The position numbers and the translations under genes were made by a program. Shown one piece after another: positions 11,424 to 23,500 of a stretch of DNA of 64,000 nt. The DNA is taken from NCBI GenBank assembly GCA_029953675.1, contig JAMWBK010000009.1, positions 558,001 through 622,000 on the forward strand, given 5' to 3'. Below the pieces are notes generated by a model. It saw only the letters and a program-made list of their open reading frames with translations. It did no database searches and was not told where the DNA came from. The stretch's first letter is position 1, and each line of letters starts with the position of its first letter. Source of the stretch: Rhodosorus marinus CCMP1338 (lineage: Eukaryota > Plantae > Rhodophyta).

Positions 11424-12609
11424 TTTCAACTATGGGTGTGACGTCCTGTACACAGCGTGACAATGGGCGTATTCAGTTGGACAGGTTGTCTGGCGATATA
11501 TATATTTGAAAAACCAATTCTGTGAGATGGCGAAAGGGCTGAAAAGAGGAAAAAACTTTGAGGAAGCTTTGCGCGTCTTTTTCCTCACTAGAAAAACATC
11601 ATTTGCACGAGGAAAAAAAAAAAGAAAAAAAGAGGATACTGATTCGCCTTGATATCAGAACAATGTGTCCTGGTTAGTTATATATAATCCCTTGTCTTTG
11701 AGTGACGTTGAACGCTGCACGCTTTTTTCACAGCTCCTATCAAAAAGAAAGTGGCTGGACGTGCAAACGTTCATGACAACTTGATGGCACTTTCTAAAAA
11801 CGAACAGCAACGGATACAGTCAAAACCAATAATCTCATATATTATTAATAAAATACATTTATTGAGGACAAACTGGCGTCTTGCCCAGGGGGGTATCTTG
11901 TCTAACCTCATCTCCCCCACCCTATTCATTGTATTCATGAAAAATTTTAATGGTCAAAGCCCCCCTTGCAGATCCCGACTATCTCTCCTTAAAATTTCTT
12001 CAACTAAACAAAATCAGCCTATCTGTCCGGCAATATATTCCAAAATATTTCCAAAAAAGCATATTTATTTCCGAAAAAATGTTGGAGGATGGGATCCGAA
12101 ATCAAGTTTTGTTCTTAAAAAATCAAATATTTGTATTGCAGCGCGAACCACTTCAGCAGCGATAAATATTACTATCGTTCATTATAAAAATAGACAGCCT
12201 GTCACACATATTAATTTTGTTTATTCATTATACGATCTAATCCAGTCATTTGGTTGGATAGATAAAATAGAAGTTATTTTAGAAATATTTTGTGCTATGG
12301 TGTTGTTTCAATGGTAAAGTCTTGTTTTAATTTTCGTGAATCGATTATTTAGATGAGCGTTGGGATTTGTTTTTGTTTTCAGAGATTGTATTTTCTTGGA
12401 GAGCGGTGGGGAGCATTCTATCGGTACATAATGGATAGGTGGGAGGAGGGGGAGGGGTTTGGGGGGGAGTGCGTGGAGGTATATACGATTAGATGGTGAC
12501 TGACTAAGAGATACGGAGGGGGGCGGGTGGAGAGGGAAGTACCTTGTGATGAGAGGGTGGGGAATGAGGTAGGGAGGGAGATAGGGGAAGAATTAAGGGA
12601 GAGGAAACG

Positions 12610-14280
12610 ATGTCGATTCGGTTGGCTGTGGGAACCATCCCGGATTATGCCTGGGATTGGGTGAATTTCAAGGAGGACCATACTTCGTTTGACCTTGAAA
12701 ACCTCAAGTTGGCAATGGTGTTGAGAGGAAGGAGCAAGGTCGTACCTGCAGGCAACTTGAGTCTGAGCAGCATGGGTGATGGAAATCTCACTTCAGAGCT
12801 GTCAAGTGTCTATGAGCAGTGCAAAGATGAGATACACGGGGATGATCAGCTCGAGGATACATTCAATATGCTGAGCTTTCCGACGCACGTTACCAAGGAC
12901 GCGATTCTGGGGAAACAAACGGATGGGCTCATGTCGTGTTTAGCAAAAAGTTTGGGATTTGAAGTCAAAGAAGAGCGCTTTTTCGTCCAATTCTCTGGAC
13001 AAGGGAGCAATACAATAGTGAGTTGCAAAACGTCATGTGGACATGTCGTTCTGGGTGAAAATGTCATGGAGGCTCTCTGCGAAAATGAGCGTTTTGATGC
13101 CATTGCCTATCACGAGGATAATCCGTATCAAGTATTTAAACCTGCAACTACGCAGGAGTTCTTAACCTGCGAGAGCTGCGGCGTGGCCGGTCGCAGATGC
13201 CCCTGCAAGATACCCGACTTGAGCTTCAACTGCAAGTACGGTTCATCCATGCCTAAGAGTTGGTTCGAAACTCCACGAGACAAGTGGTTGGACTACCGCA
13301 TGGGGTCATTTGCAGTGCTTAATAATTTATCGACTCTGGCAGTGTTCAAGTCAACGCAGGATGCTTACCAAATGAATGTGGCACCGTGGACGCTGTTCTC
13401 GTACATGAAGTATGACATGCTTACGGACCAGAGAGCAGTCGACAATTTAGTAATGGATTATCTCACACAAGTTGTAGCAGCACACTCTCCCTTTAAGGAG
13501 CTGACAGTCTCAGATGGAAGATTTGCTGAGGAAGAATCCTTCCCAAATGACTCGCCTTTGATTGAGGAGGTTCAGGCTGGATCCTATGAGAACCCGTTTG
13601 CTTCCTCCGGCCCCTCAGGAGTTGACGGTATCAGAAAACCCGTGTTGCTGCCTTTCGGGAAGATTATCGTCGGACCTGGGGAGCTCATCCCGGATGAAAC
13701 CAGTGAGGTCTCTGACGACACTGGGTCAGAGCGTTTGGACCAAACAGTGCCCGCCAGACCACAGGTGAGACCGGGCTCTACGTTTTGTTTGAACTGCCCC
13801 CCTCCCCCGCCCTCGAAGGTGCTAACAGTGTTCCTGATTTTGATCCTACGTTTTTAGGCATACGAGAGATGCGGTACACAAGCACCTCCTCGACCTGAGT
13901 GCCACGTATGTGGTGCGACGTTCTCTAGAAAGTACGAAGTTAATCGGCACATAAAAATTGTTCATCAAGCCGTGAAGGAACATGTCTGCCAGATATGCAA
14001 CAGAGCGTTCGCGTTGCGGCAGCATTTGAATTCTCATATTGACGCAGTTCATGAGAAGAAGAGGGATTGCATTTGCAAGATGTGCGGCATGGGCTTCCCG
14101 ACGGAGGCAAAGGTCAACCGCCACGTTCGATGCGTTCACTTAAAAGAGAGAGCCTACAAGTGCAAGGTCTGCAATAAGGATTACTTCCAGCAGAGTGATT
14201 TGTTGAGGCATATGAAGAGAAAGCACAAGCCACTGCTCGACGATCCGACCTTTGAAGTGAACAACCATATACTAGTGTAG
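12610..14280 (+). CDS. C2H2 zinc-finger transcription factor (4 C-terminal fingers, large uncharacterised N-terminal domain), ~525 aa
   Basis: Exons 12610-13764 and 13858-14280 (93-nt GTGAGA..TAG intron, phase 0, in frame). Fingers CHVC..H..H, CQIC..HIDAVH, CKMC..HVRCVH, CKVC..HMKRKH. Confidence 0.85.
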
Positions 14281-14652
14281 CTGTTCAACCTGTGTCCTTG
14301 GCGTACTAGGTTGCTGAGCAAAATTTGGCCGAACGATGATTTTTATTTAGTACAGCTTGAATGTAAGCGTAGAATTTCGTTATTGTAAAGAGACTTGGCT
14401 TTTTGATATCCTCATTCACGAACTGTTACGCATTGAGAGCAAGATAGGTGTCTTTCAGTGCACTTGCAAAAAAAAGATCCACCCCGCACTTCCGAAGACA
14501 ATGAGGTCGTTAGCTACGTGCTAACCTCATCGGCGACCGAGATGCCGCAAGGAAAGTGGGATCCCGTCTGAAAACCGCCCCTAAATACGTGGTGTTGTCC
14601 CCAGTTTTTCTCAGCCAGTAAGTCGAAACTTTCTGTAGAAGCTGTGCAGGTC

Positions 14653-15297
14653 TCAGCCCGTACCCACTGGAGGTGGTTTCGCACTTTCAACTCCGTCCAG
14701 CATCCACTCTTTTGGTAGATCTGGATCAAGTGGAAGTGCAACCGTAACCATGCCGTCGTGGTAGTACTCAAGTCCTCCAACCACGTTTACACCGCAAATT
14801 CTCTGTCTGTTTCGAACTCTAGGGATGACCCTGTGGCTCATCAGATACCTGCTGATCAGATCGAATGGTTTCAAGGTTGGAACTGGGAAGTCTGCCATGA
14901 CGGCTCTCCCTCCTTTCAGGATCCCCTCTCGAAACCCATCCTCAGCTTGTTGAGTCACTTTCTGATGATCATCATCTCCTCCTTCTTCGGCAACATATCC
15001 AATGGCATATCGCAAGTACGCGTCTTCCCCGTACTTTGCTTTCAACGGACCCGGATCGTCGACGAAAATGCCCACGTATCGAGCATCCTCCCCAGGGTGC
15101 GTTTCCCGAACGTAGTCAAACTCCCTAACAACGTGCTTGAAAACATCGTCAAAATATCGGGCATGTGGCCTGTATCGCACCCGAACGGCGTCGAACGGAA
15201 GCTCTCCAACTCGATAGTTGGGATCGTGAAAGCCCCCAACATACCAATATGAACCGGCGGCGAACGCTATTCCCGATCCCAGAACGAGGCGTGCCAT
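14653..15297 (-). CDS. TEX264-like GyrI-like domain protein (paralogue B)
   Basis: ATG at 15297. N-terminal anchor then GGFHDP, IFVDDP, LRYAIGYV and GLEYYHDG; aligns by eye with the 722-1375 protein. Confidence 0.7.
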   Translation of the reverse strand: MARLVLGSGIAFAAGSYWYVGGFHDPNYRVGELPFDAVRVRYRPHARYFDDVFKHVVREFDYVRETHPGEDARYVGIFVDDPGPLKAKYGEDAYLRYAIGYVAEEGGDDDHQKVTQQAEDGFREGILKGGRAVMADFPVPTLKPFDLISRYLMSHRVIPRVRNRQRICGVNVVGGLEYYHDGMVTVALPLDPDLPKEWMLDGVESAKPPPVGTG

Positions 15298-15909
15298 TAT
15301 GGACAACAAAGCAATCCGATCGCACTACAGCCAAAAAAAAAAACAAAACCAACCACCGACAAAATCCGAATCAGCTCCCGATGCCCACCCCGCTCAATGA
15401 TTCTTCGAACTGGATGAAAGCCATACTAAATGGCACTGCGTTTGACCTCCCTTAACCGTCCTCCATCCCCAGCCACCATTCCCTGCCTCGCTCTCCAGGG
15501 TTGCGCAGGAGTGCAAATTTTGCGCACCAAAATGGGCTTGGAAAAACTCATAGCTCGCCGTTGCTAACTACTGTTGGGGAAGTAAACGCGGAGTCCTGAA
15601 AATGCGATGAGCAGGACTACATTCCGTCCTTAAGTCTGAAAAAGCTCTCAATCTCGGGCTTTGTTGGAAAAAAGAGCCGCGTGCTTGCCTACTCCATAAT
15701 TAGTGCGTCCTCTTTAGTTGTTTTCTTGGATCTATCATCTTGCTTGAGTACAAGGCTTGGAACCTCAAGACAAGAAAAAATTAAGTGTTCTACCTCCTCT
15801 GGCCTCTACACGAATCAATTGGGTGGCCCGCTAATAGATGTGATCGGTCTACAATTGAGACGGGTCACGGCATAGTTCACAACCTGTTCCGTTTCTACGA
15901 CGTGGAAGG

Positions 15910-16997
15910 CTATGACTTATCCTCTGACTCTTCTGAGACGGCCTTCGAAACGCCCACCTCTGCAGCTCTAAGAACGCGGTCGTTAATCATGTAGCCTTTC
16001 TTCGTGATGGAAACTATGATGCCCTCCTTAGTTCCGGGAATCTCGGACTCAAACAGAGCCTGGTGAACGTTCGGATCAAATTCATCTCCCTCTGCAGCAA
16101 ACTCCTTGATCTCGTTGCTTCGAAACACTCGCATCAGTTCTTTTCTCTACGCGTTTCGTAGGGGATCGAAGCAAGGTAATCGAGTTGAGAATCTTCCCAA
16201 GAGAGCAAAGGCCCGGAGATGCACCATACCGTCATTTCAACACCAATGTATAACTCCTTCAGGTATTTGTCTCCTCCTTCCAGCTTCTCAGCTGGGATTG
16301 CACCCAAAGCCCGGTTAAGATTATCCGCCACCTGCAAAATTGTACAGAATTCGTCAGCATTTGGCAAGACTGGTTGCGAAAGGCCTAAACAAAGGTGGCG
16401 TACCTCAAGGAGTGATTTCGCAAACTTCGTTATGCCGTACTGATGCGCGTTTGCGACATCACGCTTTGCAATCATTCTTGTATTTTCCATATCTGCCAAG
16501 TACCTGATTCTCAGATCGTTCAGCTTTCCAATCTCCTCCTCCTTCTGAGCCAATTGAGCTTCCAAATCCGCAACTGTGGAACTGTCTCCAGCGGCCGTGC
16601 CGTCGCTTGCTTGTGCTCCTATCGACAAGATCAGACACTCGTCGTAAACAAATGCTATCTGCGGAGCACCCTTATGATGCCTCCCATCAACTCCACTAGA
16701 TCGCAGAGAAAAAAACTGAAGATCCTTACCGTTTGCTTTCGATGCGCTCGAGTCCTCTAGATCTTCCAGATTTCCGAGATCCTCCTTCGTCTCAGATTCT
16801 TCTTCCGATTTTCCCGCAAACCTCGTAGGAGAAGATCCAAAACTTCTTCTACTCAATTGAACGCTCTCAAAGGAATTAATTCTCGTCCCGCTTCCCAGAC
16901 CGAGGCTTCTACACCCTCCCACGTGGTGCACGGACGTAAATCCTCGATCCAATGCTCGCCAACGTAATCCTCTCATCAAAACGCGTACGGTACTCAT
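15910..16997 (-). CDS. grpE: GrpE nucleotide exchange factor, probably mitochondrial (Mge1)
   Basis: LADMENTR...A..YGITKFAKSLLEVADNL, FDPNVHQA, KGYMINDRVLRAAEVGV. Introns 16619-16729, 16332-16403 and 16147-16229 keep frame. Arg/Ser-rich presequence. Confidence 0.93.
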
Positions 16998-18879
16998 CTT
17001 TCTTACTATCCGCCAAATAAACAATCCCCTAACTAGTCACCTTCAAACCTCAAGCAGCCCGCGAAACAACCTCCCAAGATCTCTCCAATCAATGATCCAC
17101 GTCCTCAAAACTCTTCTAGCTTGGAAAAATCCGTCCCTTATCTTCTTCTCCTTTTAATTCCCTTCCAAAATGTAAAAAAAAAATCAGAGAGTCAGTTCCT
17201 TCACATTAAGTACACAAAGTTTCCATTCGCCTTCCCCCCACCCTCAAACAAGCCCACCCGCCAAATCCCCTCTCCTTCTCCCTAAAGCCATATAAATATC
17301 TCTTCGATCCTCCACAGCAAATTTCGGCTGTCATAGATCAACTCAGGGTTAGCGTTAGCTTTCACGCAAGCAAAAACGCCCCCTTCCGAAAGGAAAACTA
17401 ACCTCTGAGAAACATCTAAAAAATAAGAATCTGTGGACATCCCCGGCTCAATGTCATCTAAATACCCAGTTTTCCTTTTTTTCAATTTTTTAGTTGCTTA
17501 GAAAGCACGACGCTCGATAACATTGGCCAAGACCTGCTGGAAGCAGATTCATATGTGGCCCCTCTGCATTTTTTTCGTGTCTTTCTTGTGTTTAATATTT
17601 CTTTAGTATTTAAAGTTATTATGGCGATTGTTGGATTTCAGGTAACCCGTAGTTAAAAAGTCGAAGGATATTTTGCTCGAGAGGCCCGTTTGATTTGGTG
17701 CTAAAAAAGATAGGGGGCTCATAGCTTTGTCACCACGAAATTATTCATAATATGAAAATAAATAGGGGGTCTATTTTGCTAAATGTGAACGGGGACTACT
17801 CGTGTGGTTGTGGATATGTGCGCCAATCGGTACGATTATCTTTGACATAAGTGTCCATTGGCTGACTAGCCTATTGGCGGGGAAAATAATTGGTGAAACT
17901 TTCTGTAAGTAGAAGATACTGTGGTGTTGATTAGTGAATTAATTTAATATCTATCAGAATATGGGATATTCAACAGAAATAATCCAATAAAGAATGGTTT
18001 TGCATGCCAAATTGGAGGGAAAGTACGATATAAGTACTTGATTGGTTCAAAGGTGTCCATTGAGAAGATTTGCAAGGAAAATGGATGACGTTTCACAATC
18101 GAAGCGCCGGAGATTCGTGTTGAGATCAAAGTCAATGATATTGGACGTATTGGGGATGACGATGAGCATTCTTGTGTAGACGGTTGGAATCCGTCTTCGC
18201 GTTGAAAGCGTTTTGTTTATAGAACTTCTTCATGCGGAGACTCTCTCAATCGAACGCTTCTAATTCGGCTCGCTCGCTCACTCCATTGGTGCTCTATTGT
18301 CTGATGTCGACGATGCTTGGAGAACGTTGTTTGGGAAGTTGTTTTTGTTCGCCGTCCTTACGCAGCACTGTTGAGGCCTCGGGCAGTTCCGAATTTGAGG
18401 CATCAGTGTTACAGGCTAGTGAGGGATTGTCCATCTCCCAAAATAGTTATGTTTTCATCATGTGAATGGTTATTTAGTTGTCCTGAGGTCGTAGAAGCCT
18501 CTTCTTGCTTGGAAAATGCACGAGCAAGGTTTTCCTGCCTGCCCACTGAACTCTGCAAAGTTCACTCCTCGTACTCAGCTCCAGTAGGAAACCATATTTA
18601 AAGGTATCAGATTTCAATATGTCCATTGTCGCGAGTGCAGATAATCTCATAGGCTCACTTTCATCCCCACCTCATTTCGCAAAGTTCGAACAAAGTTGCC
18701 GCGGCCGCGGCAAATAGCATCTGCACCTCCTGCTATTTCCGGGTCCAAATATTTCATGCCACCCATCAGCGCCTAGAAGAGCTTCTTGATCAGGGTCATT
18801 TGACTAAGGATAAATGAGAGCTGGTGCTTTCTGATGCTTCGTGCACTTTTGTCCATAAAGTCCTCCCGTTACTCACGCC

Positions 18880-19119
18880 TCAAAAATTCTTTCTCTGACC
18901 ATACTTCGCAATGTACTGCCTTTGTAACTCCTCGTGCTCTTTTTCTAACTCAGTTATCCTGTCGGAGAGCACTTTGTTCTCGCCTTCTAATCTCTTCTTC
19001 TTCTCCTTCGTCTGCTGACGAGACCGAGTCGCAGCGTCTCTATTTCTCTTCGCTCTGGCGCTCTTAATGTCCTCAGCATTCGACCTCGTCGGGTCCTCAG
19101 TAGCAATCTCTCCCCCCAT
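18880..19119 (-). CDS. Small bZIP transcription factor (79 aa)
   Basis: Basic region RAKRNRDAATRSR followed by a leucine heptad repeat (L-EGENKV-L-SDRITE-L-EKEHEE-L). Confidence 0.8.
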   Translation of the reverse strand: MGGEIATEDPTRSNAEDIKSARAKRNRDAATRSRQQTKEKKKRLEGENKVLSDRITELEKEHEELQRQYIAKYGQRKNF

Positions 19120-20180
19120 CAGCTGCCTCCCGCACTCACTCGCACTCAATCCCAGACACCACCCCAAACCAAACCCACCCCCACCCCAAACCTAAAAAAC
19201 ACAAAAAAAAAGTTCAACGGCACACCGCGCGGAGCCAAACCAAATAGTCCCACAAATCCATCATCACACCGTCTTCCCCAAGCCAACCCCTCCTTACAAA
19301 ATGCTCTTCTTCTCTATCCCTCCGCATAAGCACTATTCCCAACTCTCAACCCCAAAACCAAACCACCCAAAAGCCAATATGCCCCTCATCGGCTCCCCAC
19401 AAGAACGAGAACTCGTTTCCCTTCCCTTCCCTTCCCTTCCCTTCCTTCAGCAAAAATGTACACATAAAAAAAAAAATACAAAAGCCAAAAATCGTCCATT
19501 ATGCCCGCCTCCCACTTCCCCACAATATTACTAATTCCAACTTCTTGCTTACCCCTATCTTCCTCTTTTAAAAAACTATAATTCGTTAACCTAATTATCT
19601 TGCCCCCTAAAACTTTTCAATATCCTTGGATTATATTATGAAACAAGAAAGAGTCCACAGTAAAAGGGGGGTATACGGAATTTTTAGAATAGTTATCTAC
19701 CTAAGAGAGGGGGGGGTGGTCAGGATTGTTGTTCACGAAATTTTTCGTAGCAGTCTGTCTTTTTGTTTTGGAGGTTATTATTTCGGCAATTGCTTTTTTC
19801 TTGTCGAGACTGATATGTACGAACATTTTTAACATGATAATTAATTTTAATTGGCTGAATCTCGATGGTAAAAAAGAAGGCTATCGATTTACCTGTATTT
19901 AACTGGATAAAAGGACACCGCTCCGAAATTTAATTAAAGTAATAAATTATCAGAATAACATTTTATTGGCATTTAACTGCCTATATGATTGGTTTGTGGA
20001 TATTTTGTATAGTGGAGTTTTTTAGGGGATTTGACGGATTTATTCAGAAAATTATTTTCATAAGAAATGAGAAGTAGTCTCTATTCTTGAAAAAGCTTGG
20101 AAGTGAGCAGGTTTTAGGACGCGGGAACTGTTCAGGGTTGGTTTGCTGGCGCACTGGGTTGAAGGCGGGGGGGGGGGGGT

Positions 20181-20429
20181 TGTGAGAACCTCCCCTGAGA
20201 GCTGTGTAATCCAGGTGCCTGACACTAAAACATAGACGGATTGTCTATGTTTTAGTAACAGGCACCTACTTTTAGCGTAGGAAGTGAATGTTTTAGTGTC
20301 CGCTAGCTTCTACTTTAGTGTCAGGTATGTTTTAGTTTACAGTACCAAGACTATATAAGGCCTAGCTTTGCTAGATCTTGAGACATAGAATTGGGTAAAG
20401 GACGAGTTGGTTCGGGGGGAGTTCTAACA
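20181..20429 (+). repeat. gypsy 5' LTR (contains a 30-nt inverted insertion)
   Basis: TGTGAGAAC...GTTCTAACA; TATA-like CTATATAAG; repeated ATGTTTTAGT motif. Confidence 0.9.
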
Positions 20430-20547
20430 AAGTGGTCTCATCGCCTACGGAAGAAAGGAAAGGCTGATTTACGAAGAGAGAGAGAGAGAGGAACCAGCTT
20501 CAAAAAAGGAAAACAGAAGAAAAAAAAGCATATACCAGAGCGGGAAC

Positions 20548-23500
20548 ATGGCAACTCTCTCGATTCCCCAACAAGACCAATAAGACGGCCGGCGCGACTA
20601 CGTCAGGATCGAGACGTTTCTGGCGTCATTGCGCGGCTATCTCGAGTTCCACACAGTCGCCAATGCCGACCGGCAGTCGGTCCGGTACGCGGGCCTCTTC
20701 CTTAAGAACCAGGCTCAAACCTGGTACCAGGGTCTCGTCCGAGGACTGGACGGCATACCGGAGACCCTCGAATCCCTGGACGTGTTCGAGGCAGCGTTAC
20801 AGACCCAGTTCCAGCCGCACGACCATATCGAGCGGGTCCGAACGAAACTCCGAAGCGCCCGCGAACGGGGCCCCAGCGTTGCACGGTTTGTCGACTACCT
20901 CGACGAACTATTTATTTGGCTGCGCGCAAACATCAGCGACTCGGAGAAGCTGGACCGCTTCAAAGCGGGCTTGACGGGTCAAGAGCGAGACTTCCACTTT
21001 TACAGTCGACCCCGTACCTACGATGAAGCCAAGGAGCTCAGCCTGGCTGGTGCGCAGGACTCTCCAACGGGGACCACGAAGTCGCCACCGGATCGACCCC
21101 GAAGAAAATCCCAAACAGCCTCGCCGCGACGACCTCATACACTGCGCATGGTGCGCCGCGGGGAGGGGCACATGCAGAAGGACTGCCCAGAGCGGTGGCT
21201 TACCTCCTGGCAGAGGTGGAGCGCTTGTCACAGATCCAGGAAAACTAAAGGACTCCGGACGAGGGATGCCGTCCATGAGTCAACCGACCCGCATCCCACC
21301 TACCATCGAACTGCGACGACGGGTAATCTGCTAACAGCGGAAGGATCAATCGCGGGCAGACCAGTGGAGTGTTTAATAGACACTGGGGCTATCACAGCGA
21401 TCCGCGAAGATGTGGTGGACGAGATCATTTTACCACGACACCCGGATCCACGGACATATGGGCTGGCCGTTGACGACACAACCGTCACAAACCCGAGCTC
21501 GACGACAACGACGCTCACTCTAAACGGCACAACGTTTGAAACCACGCTACGGGTTTTCAAGAATCTAAGCCACGATGTGTACATTGGCCTTGACTTCTTA
21601 ACGCACCATGGGTTGGCGTTAGAATGCGGCACGGAACCAGAATACTTAATCAAGCGCGAAGATATCAGCCGGGGTCTACATCGACTAGAAAAGGAAGCCG
21701 AAATGAAGGCAGAAGATCCAGGCTTACAAGGAATCACAGTCATGGAAGCTGAGGAGGAGATAGGGGACAAGCACACCGACGACGGGAATACGGGGTTCGG
21801 TGCTGTCCTCAGAAAGGAGTTCCCGGATGTGTTCAAGGAGAAGTTGCTGGTGCCGCCAAAGGAACGGGAGAAATACGCGCTCCACATCACCTTAGAAGAC
21901 GGGGCACGAGCTCCAGCACAAAGACCATACCCGATGTCCTTCGTCGATCGTGAAGAGCTGCAGAAGGAGTTAAAGGACCTGGAAGAGCAGGGCTTCGTAT
22001 CTCGCAGTAGAAGTCCCTGCGCCGCGCCTGTGCTGTACGTCGATAGGAAAGACGGAGGGCGCGACGCCTGTGCGTAGGCTACCGCCGGCTGAACAAAATC
22101 ACCGTAAGGGAAAGGACGACTCCGCTAAGATTCGAGGAGCTCATGGACGCGTTGAGTAACGCCCGGGTGTGCACAACGTTAGATCTCCGGTCCGTCTACT
22201 GGCAACTTCCTATTGAGCCATCATCACGGGAAAGACTGCGTTCACGACGTGCTTTGGACAGTACCAGTGGAATGTCATGCCGTTTGGGTTGAAGAATGCG
22301 CCCTCGGTGTTCATTCGCTACCTGACGGATGTATTTTAGGTAGCTAACCTTATCAACGAATGCGTGGTGTTGTACGTCGACGATACCCTGATTTACTCGG
22401 CGACTTAGGAGGACCACGAAAAAGATGTCCGACGGGTATTACGACGACTAGAGCAGCATCAACTAGTCGTCAAACATTCGAAGTGCCAGTTCGGAGTACG
22501 TCAAGTTTGCTACTTAGGTCAAATCTTGGCGGGAGGCACTCGTCGTCCCGATCCAAAGGTGGAGGCCATTCAGGGTTGGAAGGCCCCAACCACTGCCAAG
22601 GAAGCACGGGCATTCATGGGCTTCGCAAATTTTCTACGGCCGTTTGTTCCCCGCTTTGCGCAAGTAGCTGCACCACTTCACGCACTAACCAAGAAGGATC
22701 AGCAGTGGAAATGGCACCAGGAGGAGCAACACACCTTCGACGAACTAAAACGTGCATATCACCCACCATAACTCTGTATGTGGGCGACCCGACGCTCCCT
22801 TTCATTGTTCAAGTGGATGCAATTGACGCGGGTATCGGCGGGTTCTCTTTCAAACGCGGCAAGACCAGGAGGTGCCAGTGGCGTATATGTCGCGAGTATT
22901 CAACACAACGGAAAAGCGATACAGCACCTACGAGAAAGAATTGCATGCCATCGTACTGGCACTACGACAATGGTCAATATACCTCGATGGGCAACATTTC
23001 ATCGTACGTACGGACCATAACCCGCTGCGTTTCCTCCAAACGCAAACGACATTGACTCGACGGCAAGCAAGATATGTTAAATTGCTATTGCTGTATTCCT
23101 TCGAGATTGAATACATACGAGGGAAAATTAACCTAGCGGACGCGCTGAGCCGGGACTACTCGGGGCAACGCGATCCATACGCGTTACCCCGAGTACGGAT
23201 TGGCATGTGGATTACCTGGCAGACCCAGAGTTCACCACGCAATTCCAGAGGCCTGGCCAGTTTGAAGGCTTTCAACGAAAAAAAAGAAAAAAAAAGGCCT
23301 ACTCTTACTACATGCGAGGCTCTGTGTACCCGACAACCCCGTCAACGAAGTCATCGATACGCACCATACATCAGTACCAGCAGAACGTTTTGGGGCACAA
23401 GCTACGTGTCGCCTGATACGCCGACGTTACTACTCGCCGAACATGCGGAAGGACGTACTACAACGCGTACAACAATGCGAGGTATGCGCACGTGAACAAC

